A stretch of DNA of 55,874 bases from an uncultured Gammaproteobacteria bacterium (GCA_964470025.1 CAYXZR010000003.1:1-55874), one strand, 5' to 3'; positions 16,575 through 26,572 are shown, counted from the first letter of the stretch. Numbers and translations: made by a program. The notes: generated by a model from the sequence alone, not told the origin.

Positions 16575-19500
16575 CTAATCACCTACTGAATTGATAAATG
16601 ATGTTGTGCCAAATTTTTCAGAGTACATTTTCAAGTGATCTAATTTAACCGTTCTGTAGTTGGTAACGTCACGATAGTCAGGCTCCATAATTGTTCCTGT
16701 ATTTGCTTCGTACGTCCTAGTCAAATTACCTGATAGCACAAACCTAATAACGCCTGTTTGGTTTGCGTGAATAAGAAAGTGAGCATGTTCGTATTGATTA
16801 CTGTCATAGCCAGAAATACCTGAGAGGTTGGTTGTACCACCTGAAACCTCAACAGTCGAATTGTATATAGGATCAGGGTAAATTGTACCAAATGAAGTAC
16901 CCTCACCAGTAACGTCCGTGTGAAAGCCTTTAGTGACAACAAAAATCCTGTCAAACGGTTTGGGAGTCAGGGTTATTTTTCCTATCAACCTGCTTTCTGG
17001 AATAAACTCACAACTGCCAGTGAAATAGGGAGCTACAGAGTAGTATTCTCGAATGTCCCCCTCAATGTTATCCGCGTAAACCTTGGCTGCAATAATCTGA
17101 TCGACCAATAGATTTTTAATGTAGGTTAAATCAATTGTGGATTGAGCTATGCCAGCTATATCAGGCTTTCCGCTTACGTCTGTGTTGTAATTGACAGAGC
17201 TTTTCGTGGCCAGCCCACCCAAACCAGATACCGCAGACGAAGGAATGCCAGAGCCAGAACTTAGAATAACATCGCCACTTGCATTGCGAATAGTGATTGC
17301 CTTGGCATCGACCTGTCCTTGATTATCAACCGTAAACTTATCGTTAATATTGATTGAACCGCCAGTGATAGCAACATTCGTAGAAGTGGCCGACTTAAAA
17401 TCATCAGCCTGAATGGTTCTTGCAATAACATCGGCAACCGCTAAGTCATCAATGTACACATCACGCATATACACACCATCTTCATAGCCATTAACATTTT
17501 GGCGAATGGTGAATAATGGTGTAACTGTGTTGCCGGGTCCTATAAACGAAAACAAGTTAGCGTTAATTAAAAAGCTCGTAGTTGTGCCATCGTTATAAAA
17601 TCCAACACCACCCTGCAGGTCGTTAACATCAGTTTTAATAGACCATTGTGCTGTGTAAGCATCTTTGGCTTCTTGTGCTGAGTCACTAGCTGCAACACCT
17701 TTGTTATAGGCTACACTAAATAATTGCTCTAACGTTGCGCTTTCTTCTGTTTCGGGGTTTGTTGCCGTGTACTGGCTTATCGCTTTGGCAATTGAGCCTT
17801 CGGTATCTTTATCACCTGACAAAGTTTGCGTGAGCGTGGAAACTCTTGAGCTGGCATCTGTAGACGCTGCGCTAATTGCTTCTTGTTTCTTTGTTTCTGC
17901 ATAACTCTCTGTTGCATAACTGCCAAGCGTTTCGGTTAATCCAGTAGAAGTAACAACAAGCAAATCACCGTTTTCGTCTGTTAGTCCATAAGTGGCGTTT
18001 AATTCATTCTCAATAATCGCACTTACACCTTCAGGCGTTGCATACACTTCTGATAATGCACTAATAGAGCCAGCCAATTCGGCTTTAGCGGTTGCTAGTG
18101 CCGCAGACAAAGTTTTATTTTCAGTTACCCGGGCTTCTTCTTCCTTGGTTATTGCCTTAAAAGCCTGAACAACACCTGCATATGCAACCTGTAATTTTGT
18201 TTCAGCATCCGTTAATTTGGCCTCAAGCTCTAAATTCTTTTGGGCTTGCGCTTCATTTGCCTGTGAAAGCGTTTGTTGTGATTCGAGTATATTTGCTTCA
18301 CTGATTAGCTTGCGTTTTATTTCTTGCTCAAGCGCTAAAGCACCCTGAATGGAGCTTGCCGCACTTGCATCAAATTTAGTATTGATATTGCTAAACGTCT
18401 GAGCGAGTGCCTTTTCAGGTGTTAAGTTTAAGTTGTTTATATCTTCTATTTGGCCGTAAATGGCACTCTCACCATCAGCATTAAACACTTCGGCTTTCAA
18501 TGAATTCATATCATTTAGAAGTTGCGTACCAGCCAAACCATCCTGATCAAGTGTTACCACTTTTAAAATTTCAGCATCTAGCTTGGTGCCAGATTCAGGC
18601 AGGTAAACATCACCCTCAAGTGCGCTTATTCTCGAAAGCATCTGCGTTACACTTGCACCATCTTGCTCAAGCTGCAATAAATCACTTACAAGTGCCGATA
18701 AGTCTGCACCCGTATCAGGGTCGGTTAATACAGCTTTTAGCTGGTTTATGTCAGATAGCAACTGAGTTCCAGCTAGTGCGTCTTGATCCAGTGTTTTAAT
18801 GGCGGTAATAACCGCGCTTAATTTTGTTTGACCGTCACTGTCTTTTACATCCGCTTGAAGTTGCTCAAGTGTTTGCAAAAACTGCGTGCCATTTAGCGCA
18901 TCAACATCAAGTGTTTTAAGTGAATTAATACTGCTAGATAATGCGCTTTGCTCGGTTCCCGCTAATTTAGCTTTCAATGAACTCATATCATTAAGCAAAA
19001 CGGTTCCCGCGAGCGCATCCGTATCTAGGCTTTTAAGTGCGTTAATGTTAGCAAATATCGTGCTGTTACCCTCAGCGTCAAACACCTCATTTTTAAGTGT
19101 TGTTAAGTCACTTAAAAGTTGCGTACCCGCCAAGAAATCACTATCTAAAGAGAGTGTTTTGGCAATGTTGCTATTGGCGGTTGCTGCATTAGTTACACCT
19201 AAATTCGCTGTTGTTGATAGGTTTTTAAGGTCGGTCATTAAGCTTGAATCTTCACTAAGATTCAAATCTATAATGTTTTGGTATTTTGTTTCGTTAGCCC
19301 CAACTCTACCTTCAATGCTGTTTATTTTAGTTGCTAAAACAGTGTCAGGAGATAAGGAAAAATCCTCTAGTGATTTAATTGCACCCTGCGTTACCTTGAT
19401 ATCACCTAAAATACCGCTTTCTTCACCTTCAACATTAGAGCCTATTTTGCCAGATAGCTCATTATATCGACCTAGCTCAATTTCATTGTCGGTTGTTCTG

Positions 19501-21869
19501 TTTGTTTCTAGTGTTGCTATTTTGCTTTTGCTATCACCCACATCTGCATACATTAACGCTAATTTAGAACCTTCAACTGATTCATCGGTAATATCTAGCG
19601 TTAAAATGCTCTCAATTGTGCCTTTTGAATCCGCTATTTGACCGGCTAATGTTTTGGTATCAGAGATTAAAACCTCATTCTGACGCGCAGTAACAGCCTG
19701 CCTTTCATAAATGCTTGCTAAAGAGTTATTAAATTGCGCTTGCAATAATAGAGTTTGCTGCGCATTGGCTTCAATATCATTCGCTAACGCCTGCTGCGTC
19801 TGTTCTATTCCACTAATACTAAATGTAATACCATCAAGCTTACCTAGCTGTGTTTCTTGCGCGAGCAATGCGGCAATACTTGCCAGTTCAGAGTTGTAAA
19901 ATTCCGCTTGAATGCTTTGGTTGAAATTGGCCTGTGCTTCCTGTTCGTCTGCAAACGTTTCTATCGTCTGGCTAGCGGTTGCCAGTGTTGTTAAAGCTTC
20001 ATCTAAATTAAGTGATTCAATTTCCGTGGTAAGTGATGCCAGGTTATCTTCGGTTACCGTTAGTCTTTGCTCTGCTTGAGCAAAACGAGTGGCTATCTGC
20101 CCTTTGTTGGTCCAGTAAGCTGTTGATTGCCAGTTACCCGCAGCGGGTATGTCTGTGTGACACTCCCACAATTTCGATTGGTAAATAACTTGGTCACCCT
20201 GATTATACTTAACCGATGGGTCAAACTCAGCCGCAACCACATTTTCAAAAGCCGTCTTACTCACTTTTAATGTGATTTCACTTTCAAGGCCATCAATTTC
20301 TAATTCAGCTGTCGATAACCTTGTATCAATCGCATTTACAGCGGTTGAACTTGCTTTAAGTGCTATGCTCGCTTCTGCAGCATCCAGCCTAGTTAATGCG
20401 CTATTTACAGTTGTAGTAAGTCCATCCGTAATGGTTGAATCTGCTTTTAATTCAATTGCTGCCTCTGCTGCGTCTAAATCAACGCTCAACTGATTTAAGG
20501 CTGTGCCTAACCCATCTGTTACGGTTAAATCTGCTTTTAGCTCTATGGACGATTCAGCTGCGTCTAAATCAATAGATAACTGGCTTAATGTACTCCCCTG
20601 TGCGCTTACAGTAGCTTGATCTGCTTTTAATTCCAAAGATGCGTTCACAGCATCAATGGTTAAACCAACTTCATTGATTTGTGTTTCTAACGCATCTTGC
20701 CTTGCTTTTGTGCCAAGCAATGAAATAGTGCCATCAACAGCGTCAAGTCGCTGCGTAAGCGTTGTAATACTTGAGAATGTTTCAGTTCTAAGCGCATCAA
20801 CAGCAACCATTTCGATAGAGCCATTGTCGGGATCTACATTAAAGGCCGCATCACGAAAGGTCTGAAAATCAAAATTATATCGATCTAATTTCTCAGAAAT
20901 CTGTTCTTGTTTTAATGCGATCTGAATTGAAGCTAGTGCTGCTTGGTCGCTACTGTAACTAATTTGCTCTGCAACTTGGTTTAAGTTGCTTGTTAGCACT
21001 GGAACAGTAACGCCATTATTAACATAGTCATCAACTGCACTACCAAGTACAGCAAGTGCCTTATCCGCATTATCCTTGGTAGCTTGTGCGTCTGCATTTA
21101 TGCTGGATATTTGAGCGTCAACCGCTGCAACTCGATTGTTGGCATCATCAATAATTTGATCAATGCGCCCTGATTCAGACAGAACGCTGTCAGCCAGCGT
21201 ATTCAACTCTAATGATAAATCCGAATAATCATCAGATAGGGAATCAATTTGAGCAACAAGGCCGGTTACAGGTGCATCAATTAAATCAATTCTATCTCTT
21301 AACGTTTGAGCTAAGTGGCTAGAGTTAATTTGTTCGCCTAGCTCGGCCAGTATATCTTCAATATCAATGCTTGTTTGTGCATACGTGCCATCCGTTGCAT
21401 TAATTGCACTTAACTTGCCTTGGTTATTAACATGACGTATCCAGTAGTAATACGCCCTATCTGTACCAACACCGTCAGAGTATAAAGAGCCAGACGTTTG
21501 ATCAATCTTAACCGCTTCACCGAAATTATCCGTTTCACTTCGCCAAATTTCCGTATACGCATACGAGGCTTGCCCGACCGAATCCCACGCTAGAATAATG
21601 TTAGACCATGTACCCGTTGCGCTAAAGCCTGTCGGCTTAACTGGTGGTGCACTAATACTAGATACAGTGTTATTTTGCACCTGAACAACCTTGCCCTTGT
21701 TGAGCCTTGTCGATACAAGTTGCAATTCAACTAACTGCCGTAGCGTAACCGCCTTATCTAAGCCGCTGCCACGGCTACCCATGAAAGTTTCAACGTTTTG
21801 AATAAGCGCAGACAAAGCCTGTTTGTCATTACCGCGAGGAATGCCAGCGAAAGCAGTTTTACTTGTCAT
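16575..21869 (-). CDS. Large tail fibre / host-specificity protein (1,764 aa) with FN3-like, CBM5/12-like and J-like segments
   Basis: FN3-like PPVKPTGFSATGTWSNIILAWD...YYYWIRHVN. Chitin-binding-like YNQGDQVIYQSKLWECHTD...W near 20110..20230. C-terminal ...NANLFSFIGPGNT...VYIDDLAVADVIARTIQADD resembles the tip-attachment J family. Confidence 0.8.
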   Translation of the reverse strand: MTSKTAFAGIPRGNDKQALSALIQNVETFMGSRGSGLDKAVTLRQLVELQLVSTRLNKGKVVQVQNNTVSSISAPPVKPTGFSATGTWSNIILAWDSVGQASYAYTEIWRSETDNFGEAVKIDQTSGSLYSDGVGTDRAYYYWIRHVNNQGKLSAINATDGTYAQTSIDIEDILAELGEQINSSHLAQTLRDRIDLIDAPVTGLVAQIDSLSDDYSDLSLELNTLADSVLSESGRIDQIIDDANNRVAAVDAQISSINADAQATKDNADKALAVLGSAVDDYVNNGVTVPVLTSNLNQVAEQISYSSDQAALASIQIALKQEQISEKLDRYNFDFQTFRDAAFNVDPDNGSIEMVAVDALRTETFSSITTLTQRLDAVDGTISLLGTKARQDALETQINEVGLTIDAVNASLELKADQATVSAQGSTLSQLSIDLDAAESSIELKADLTVTDGLGTALNQLSVDLDAAEAAIELKADSTITDGLTTTVNSALTRLDAAEASIALKASSTAVNAIDTRLSTAELEIDGLESEITLKVSKTAFENVVAAEFDPSVKYNQGDQVIYQSKLWECHTDIPAAGNWQSTAYWTNKGQIATRFAQAEQRLTVTEDNLASLTTEIESLNLDEALTTLATASQTIETFADEQEAQANFNQSIQAEFYNSELASIAALLAQETQLGKLDGITFSISGIEQTQQALANDIEANAQQTLLLQAQFNNSLASIYERQAVTARQNEVLISDTKTLAGQIADSKGTIESILTLDITDESVEGSKLALMYADVGDSKSKIATLETNRTTDNEIELGRYNELSGKIGSNVEGEESGILGDIKVTQGAIKSLEDFSLSPDTVLATKINSIEGRVGANETKYQNIIDLNLSEDSSLMTDLKNLSTTANLGVTNAATANSNIAKTLSLDSDFLAGTQLLSDLTTLKNEVFDAEGNSTIFANINALKSLDTDALAGTVLLNDMSSLKAKLAGTEQSALSSSINSLKTLDVDALNGTQFLQTLEQLQADVKDSDGQTKLSAVITAIKTLDQDALAGTQLLSDINQLKAVLTDPDTGADLSALVSDLLQLEQDGASVTQMLSRISALEGDVYLPESGTKLDAEILKVVTLDQDGLAGTQLLNDMNSLKAEVFNADGESAIYGQIEDINNLNLTPEKALAQTFSNINTKFDASAASSIQGALALEQEIKRKLISEANILESQQTLSQANEAQAQKNLELEAKLTDAETKLQVAYAGVVQAFKAITKEEEARVTENKTLSAALATAKAELAGSISALSEVYATPEGVSAIIENELNATYGLTDENGDLLVVTSTGLTETLGSYATESYAETKKQEAISAASTDASSRVSTLTQTLSGDKDTEGSIAKAISQYTATNPETEESATLEQLFSVAYNKGVAASDSAQEAKDAYTAQWSIKTDVNDLQGGVGFYNDGTTTSFLINANLFSFIGPGNTVTPLFTIRQNVNGYEDGVYMRDVYIDDLAVADVIARTIQADDFKSATSTNVAITGGSININDKFTVDNQGQVDAKAITIRNASGDVILSSGSGIPSSAVSGLGGLATKSSVNYNTDVSGKPDIAGIAQSTIDLTYIKNLLVDQIIAAKVYADNIEGDIREYYSVAPYFTGSCEFIPESRLIGKITLTPKPFDRIFVVTKGFHTDVTGEGTSFGTIYPDPIYNSTVEVSGGTTNLSGISGYDSNQYEHAHFLIHANQTGVIRFVLSGNLTRTYEANTGTIMEPDYRDVTNYRTVKLDHLKMYSEKFGTTSFINSVGD
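18480..19170 (-). repeat. About six tandem coding repeats of about 39 aa (..LD.DALAGTQLL.D...LKA.V..)
   Basis: Repeated LAGTQLLSD/LAGTVLLND/LNGTQFLQT units at about 117-nt period, read from the translation and the DNA. Confidence 0.8.
20275..20640 (-). repeat. About four tandem coding repeats of about 30 aa (L..DLDAAE..IELKAD.T.TDGL)
   Basis: gctgcgtctaaatcaa recurs near 20470 and 20558. Repeated LDAAE(S/A)(S/A)IELKA in the translation. Confidence 0.75.
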
Positions 21870-21871
21870 TA

Positions 21872-23464
21872 TTATAATTCTCTAGGCGAACTAGCTAAAA
21901 CGATACGTCTAATTGAACAGGTGCCAGATACCTCTATCTCGAAATGGTCACCGCGCTTTGGGGGTAATCTAAATGTTTCTTGCGTTGGATTAACCAATTG
22001 GAATGATTGTGCACCATCAACAAATAGCGTGAATGTTAAATCACCTTCTGCAGCCTTTTCGACTCGGCAAGCCTTGGGTGATACTTTGTTGTTAAGCTCA
22101 AATCGCTTTCGCCAGCGAAACGTTTGTTTGCTTGCGTCAGCATCCCACAACACTAAGTTGTCATTGATAGATAAATACAACTTATCTTCTTTGAGTATGT
22201 TAAAACCTGCATCGGCATACATATCAATTTCAATAAACGACTTATCCGCTGGATCAAAGATAAATGCCGCATTACCACCAAAGAATGCCAGGTACTTACC
22301 TTCAACTTGGTATGCGTGAATAGTGTCGGGTTGGTATTGTTGCCACTGGTCTTTTCTGAGTAGGTCCTGTGTTATAACTCGAATATCACCACTTGATGCC
22401 GCCACCAAACCTTCAGCACTGGCATAGATAACATACTCACCCATATCAACAATTGAGCGCTTAGATACACAAGCTTGATTGGTTTCAAGCTTTTGCCCGG
22501 TCATTGAATCAGGTGAAATGCCGGTAAATACATACGGCTTACCTTCTGTAGCAACAAATAGCGAATTGCCGAAAACAGATAACCCAACTATGTTATGTTC
22601 GGTTGTTTGCCTGTAATCAAACGGCCACGCTTGCGGCTGAAATGCCACGCTAAAGCAAACTGAGTTACCGCTAAAACCCGCCAATATACCATTGGGCAGT
22701 GATACCAAGCCTTTCATGTCATCAGGCGGCATATCATAGTTAACCGAAACTAAATCAGCACCTAGCGCTGATTCATCAATGGTGTGCTCAAATGGTGTAT
22801 CTTTCGATGCAATCGGAATGTCAGCCACATGATAATAGCCACCTCCGTCTGTTGTAGTTGCACTGGCATATAATCGAATGTGCGTGATGTTATGGCCAGT
22901 TGGTACAATATCAGGAAAGCGAATAAGCACGGTATTGCTGGTTGGGTCGTAAATTGTAACCTCTGCACTTAACGCGCTTGGCTGCCCTTCCTCGCCCAAT
23001 TCAGTTACATACGTATACACATAGAACACAGTTAAGTCATTTGCAAAGCCTTCATTGTCTTGTTCAAACACTGCAGACACAATAAGGGGTGAGCCTGCTG
23101 GCGCGGGAACGCCAAGTTTAAAACTAGCGCTTGGCTTGATGCTCCCTGCTGTCGCTATTGTATTGTACGTGACCTTTGGCTCACCATCACCAGTGTAATA
23201 AACCCTTGCGTAATCGTCTTGGTCGATGGGGCTGTTTACCGCATCAACATCTTCGCTCCACGAAAACCAAAAGTTATCCGCATAACGAAACAGTGATTTT
23301 ACATTACTTATCGGCAGGGCCCCGTATGACGGGCTATTGTGGTAAGGCTCTATTTGTCCTCTATCAAAGCGACAGTTCCGCGCTAAAGTTGCAACTTCAA
23401 CGGGCAGTAAGCGCGAATCAGGCTTTGGCACCATACCGCGAAAGGTTTCAATAGCTATTCGCAT
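21872..23464 (-). CDS. Virion structural (tail-associated) protein, 530 aa
   Basis: Large ORF whose start overlaps the upstream stop by 1 nt (23464). Function is inferred from position. Confidence 0.65.
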   Translation of the reverse strand: MRIAIETFRGMVPKPDSRLLPVEVATLARNCRFDRGQIEPYHNSPSYGALPISNVKSLFRYADNFWFSWSEDVDAVNSPIDQDDYARVYYTGDGEPKVTYNTIATAGSIKPSASFKLGVPAPAGSPLIVSAVFEQDNEGFANDLTVFYVYTYVTELGEEGQPSALSAEVTIYDPTSNTVLIRFPDIVPTGHNITHIRLYASATTTDGGGYYHVADIPIASKDTPFEHTIDESALGADLVSVNYDMPPDDMKGLVSLPNGILAGFSGNSVCFSVAFQPQAWPFDYRQTTEHNIVGLSVFGNSLFVATEGKPYVFTGISPDSMTGQKLETNQACVSKRSIVDMGEYVIYASAEGLVAASSGDIRVITQDLLRKDQWQQYQPDTIHAYQVEGKYLAFFGGNAAFIFDPADKSFIEIDMYADAGFNILKEDKLYLSINDNLVLWDADASKQTFRWRKRFELNNKVSPKACRVEKAAEGDLTFTLFVDGAQSFQLVNPTQETFRLPPKRGDHFEIEVSGTCSIRRIVLASSPREL

Positions 23465-23946
23465 TACTCACCTGTATCAAAGTTGATTTGCGGTGTGAAT
23501 TGATATGAGTTTTTAGCAGTTGTGCCAGCGGGAACGACAAGTTTAATCCAAATGGCTTTTCGAGCACCTGCCGCCAAAGTTCCGATATTCAAGCCAGCAC
23601 CTTCGGTTGTAGCCTCAACAAACGTAACCGAACTAGGCGCAGTTGTTTTGTTGGCAATTGCTGTTTCAGTGCCATTTACCGCACTATTGCCTAATCCAAT
23701 TGTTGCATTCACACTGCCGTGGCTGGTTTCGCTATCAATGTGAACAGTCACATTTTCAGCGGGTTCAGCACCTTTATTCTTAACGTACAGACACGCATAT
23801 TCAGTAATGCCATCTCTCGTTTCAATGCCTGTGAATTTATCAAACACATCACCAAGCAATCCGCTTGTAAGTTCAGTTGCAGATATAGCACCGCCTAAGT
23901 TTGACGCTGCTTTAAACAGTGCCAAATCTGTTGCATTTAAAGCCAT
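23464..23946 (-). CDS. Virion structural protein, 160 aa
   Basis: ORF in the fibre/tail block. No enzymatic motif. Confidence 0.65.
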   Translation of the reverse strand: MALNATDLALFKAASNLGGAISATELTSGLLGDVFDKFTGIETRDGITEYACLYVKNKGAEPAENVTVHIDSETSHGSVNATIGLGNSAVNGTETAIANKTTAPSSVTFVEATTEGAGLNIGTLAAGARKAIWIKLVVPAGTTAKNSYQFTPQINFDTGE

Positions 23947-23954
23947 GTAGACCT

Positions 23955-25097
23955 CTATTGTAATTGTATTTTAGTGGGGGTAATTGGGGTTATTTGAATA
24001 ACTTGTGTTTCATCAGCAAGGTACGCTAGCTGTACAGTCGGTATTGCTTTTGGGGTCAATTGAACTCTTGGAACCTTGTCACCTTCAATTGAGAATTGAA
24101 TGGCTACTGAATTTTGTTGTCTTTCAAGTAGTGCAAAAGATATTGTGTAATCTCGGCTTTTGGCACCAAGCATTCCAGTTACAATAGCAATATCATTTGA
24201 TAGTCGGTTTAGAATGCCTGTAACTATGTTTGTGTTTTTTATTTTTCGTTCAAGTAGTGAGAATGCAACATCATAATCACGCGATTTTCGCTCAAATAAT
24301 GCAGTGTGAATTTGAGTGGTTCGAGAAAGCCTAGACAGTAATGAAAACTCAATTTCTGTATTTTGCGTTAAGCGAGTTAACAAGCCCGTATGAATTTGCG
24401 TGTCATTTGATTTACGTTCTAGCAGTGCTGTACTTATGGTTGTATCAGATGGTTTTCGATCTAACATGGCTGTGTTAATAGTTGTATCGTGGGCTAATCT
24501 TTGGCTAAAACCTGTAACCAATGAAATGTCGCGTGATAGGCGCGTTACACCACCGCCAGTACTTTCCCACGCGCTGCCATCAGTCGGGAAGTTATAACCG
24601 TTGGCATGGTTACTGCTAATGGTGTCTACCCATACAGGCTGCTGACCAGTGTTGGAAGTATTAGACGAGTCAGAGTTCCAGTTATGCAGCCCATTTACCG
24701 TGAAATACTCAAGATAACCGCCAAATCTAAGCCCACCAGTGTCAGAAAACCTTGTGATTATTAAATTGTTGAAATTAGTAAATGGTGTGTAAGTAGTGCC
24801 GTTTATCGTAAATTGACAGGTTGAACCAACGCGCCATAACCTTACTGTATATTCTGTATCTGGTGAGAATGCGGGTCTTTCTGAGTGAATCACGCCACCC
24901 CAATAAAAAAGAAAGTCTCCATTCCACCTACCAAGCCAACCGTTTGAACCTGAGTTTGTTCTAGCAATCGCCATGGTATTGGGTATAGATGCAGCCGACT
25001 TAAACTTGTAATTAATATCAAAATCACCAGTGAGCGTTACTACACTTGTAAGTTCTGCATAATCATCAACACCGTCAAATTGAAGCGCTTTAGCCAT
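23955..25097 (-). CDS. LamG/concanavalin-like lectin-fold protein with C-terminal 14-residue repeat array (380 aa); fibre/receptor-binding candidate
   Basis: N-terminus ALQFDGVDDYAELTS...FDINYKF is typical of Laminin_G_3-type domains. aa 187-340 form 11 x 14-aa repeats. Confidence 0.65.
   Translation of the reverse strand: MAKALQFDGVDDYAELTSVVTLTGDFDINYKFKSAASIPNTMAIARTNSGSNGWLGRWNGDFLFYWGGVIHSERPAFSPDTEYTVRLWRVGSTCQFTINGTTYTPFTNFNNLIITRFSDTGGLRFGGYLEYFTVNGLHNWNSDSSNTSNTGQQPVWVDTISSNHANGYNFPTDGSAWESTGGGVTRLSRDISLVTGFSQRLAHDTTINTAMLDRKPSDTTISTALLERKSNDTQIHTGLLTRLTQNTEIEFSLLSRLSRTTQIHTALFERKSRDYDVAFSLLERKIKNTNIVTGILNRLSNDIAIVTGMLGAKSRDYTISFALLERQQNSVAIQFSIEGDKVPRVQLTPKAIPTVQLAYLADETQVIQITPITPTKIQLQ
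24078..24539 (-). repeat. 11 tandem 42-nt (14-aa) coding repeats, consensus (K/L)S.DT.I.T.LLER
   Basis: LSRDISLVTGFSQR / LAHDTTINTAMLDR / KPSDTTISTALLER / KSNDTQIHTGLLTR ... KSRDYTISFALLER. Confidence 0.85.
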
Positions 25098-25102
25098 AAA
25101 AA

Positions 25103-25426
25103 TTACACCTCAACTGGCTCAATGTACCAAATGGAATCAGGGTTATCCCTCATTACCATATATTCGCTTGGCTTTATGATGTAAGAGTTATCTTGTATTA
25201 ACTTAACAGCCAAGGCAGGGTCTGGTTCGTTTCGGCACCAATATTCCAAAGTCCCTTGCGGGTGAACCAAATCACCAATTGGCTCTTCAGTCACAGGATC
25301 AATTTTATAACCGTCCAGTTGGCGGTATTTCCCGTCACTCGAAAAAATGCCAGCGTTATAAGCTGGCATTTGTTTAACTGAGTCAGGGATAAACTCAACG
25401 GGAATTATTAAGCGGTTATGCGGCAT
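25103..25426 (-). CDS. Hypothetical protein (107 aa from ATG 25426)
   Basis: ATG 25426 overlaps the upstream gene end by 11 nt. The track start 25504 would overlap by 89 nt. Confidence 0.55.
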   Translation of the reverse strand: MPHNRLIIPVEFIPDSVKQMPAYNAGIFSSDGKYRQLDGYKIDPVTEEPIGDLVHPQGTLEYWCRNEPDPALAVKLIQDNSYIIKPSEYMVMRDNPDSIWYIEPVEV

Positions 25427-25871
25427 TCCAAAAACCCATTTCAGTTTCCCACATATAGGTGCTTTCGCAGTGTTTTTCATCAAAGAAAAAGATTGCATTA
25501 ACAACGCCAGCGGCTATATACCAGCGTAAACTTGCTAGGTTGGTTAGTTTTTTATAGCCAAGGTAACCACTAATACTTCTAAACCTGCCGCCATGCACTA
25601 TTGACGCTATCATTACATCAAACTGGTACAGCACGCATTGAGCGTAGGAACTGCCAAGGGCGGCCAGTGCGAACATTAAACCAAAGAAAATTTGAATTAT
25701 TGTTATTGAACTTGGTACAAAGGTTTTGTACACAAGCTCTTGTTTGAAGATTAAATCTAACAAGACATCAAAGTGCAGCATTGGTATGTCTACGCCCAAG
25801 AGGGTTAGGCCCACTAACACATAATTCAGTAGCGTTAATACAGCCAGTAAAGCATTTTTAATTTTTTGCAT
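25416..25871 (-). CDS. Polytopic membrane protein (151 aa, about 4 hydrophobic segments) embedded in the fibre module; moron candidate
   Basis: ALLAVLTLLNYVLVGLTLLGV, ITIIQIFFGLMFALAALG, WYIAAGVVNAIFFF. GGAG SD 8 nt upstream. Preceded by a terminator. Confidence 0.65.
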   Translation of the reverse strand: MQKIKNALLAVLTLLNYVLVGLTLLGVDIPMLHFDVLLDLIFKQELVYKTFVPSSITIIQIFFGLMFALAALGSSYAQCVLYQFDVMIASIVHGGRFRSISGYLGYKKLTNLASLRWYIAAGVVNAIFFFDEKHCESTYMWETEMGFWNAA

Positions 25872-25885
25872 TTTGTTTGCTCCAA

Positions 25886-25913
25886 TAAAAAAGCCCCGCG
25901 AATGCGAGGCTTT
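25886..25913 (-). terminator. Intrinsic terminator (minus strand)
   Basis: Minus strand reads GCCTCGCattcGCGGGGCTTTTTTATT. Confidence 0.7.
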
Positions 25914-25947
25914 GGGTTGAACTATCTGGTAATTCCAGTGAGTTGGG

Positions 25948-26571
25948 TTAGCCGTACTTTTGCATTATTTCAGCCAGTTTTGCACCTGCGGCAACTAATA
26001 CGGCTTTCATTTGCGTAACTGTCACTTCTGCCCAGGTGTTATCGGCCAGTTTCCATTGAGTAGAGGCTTGTCCTGTTTCTGCTGCAACTTGTAGTGCAAA
26101 CATAAAGCGTTGTTGTGATACTTCATCAGCATCAAACGCCATCCCGTCCACTTCTACAGTAGCGTTATCTAACTCGTTTTGACGTTGTTGTTTTTGTTTA
26201 TTCCGAATTGCGGTTTTAACATCAGGCAAATTCAACACATATTCAGTTGTGATATACGAAATATCATCATCTGACCACGTTGGCTTTACCGGTAAAGCTT
26301 CGGGTGTATATTCTGGGTTATCACTGTTGGCTGCATTGTTATCCTCAATAGCGGTTTTTACATCCTCGTAAATATCTAGTTTACGTTTGTAAGAATCCCA
26401 CATATTTAACTGCATGGTTTTAGCTACAGCTTCGGCAGTTGTTAACCCATCTTTACCTTTATTTATTACATCAACCAAGTTGCTAATGGTTTTAATATTG
26501 GCAAAGCGTGGGTATTCCACAACTTCGCCTTCATCGTTTATATATTGAAAAATACTAGATACTTGTCCCAT
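25948..26571 (-). CDS. Tail-fibre assembly/chaperone-like protein (DUF4376-like C-terminus), 207 aa
   Basis: C-terminal VEVDGMAFDADEVSQQR...QWKLADNTWAEVTVTQMKAVLVAAG pattern. Immediately downstream of the 1,044-aa fibre gene. Confidence 0.5.
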   Translation of the reverse strand: MGQVSSIFQYINDEGEVVEYPRFANIKTISNLVDVINKGKDGLTTAEAVAKTMQLNMWDSYKRKLDIYEDVKTAIEDNNAANSDNPEYTPEALPVKPTWSDDDISYITTEYVLNLPDVKTAIRNKQKQQRQNELDNATVEVDGMAFDADEVSQQRFMFALQVAAETGQASTQWKLADNTWAEVTVTQMKAVLVAAGAKLAEIMQKYG

Positions 26572-26572
26572 A

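Noticed and set aside
18886-19641. 251-aa plus-strand ORF and other ORFs inside the fibre gene (16721..16954, 18500..18799, 20272..20493)
   Set aside because: These are shadows of the repeat-rich fibre gene. Their low-complexity Ser/Leu composition mirrors the Ala/Leu/Asp-rich sense frame.
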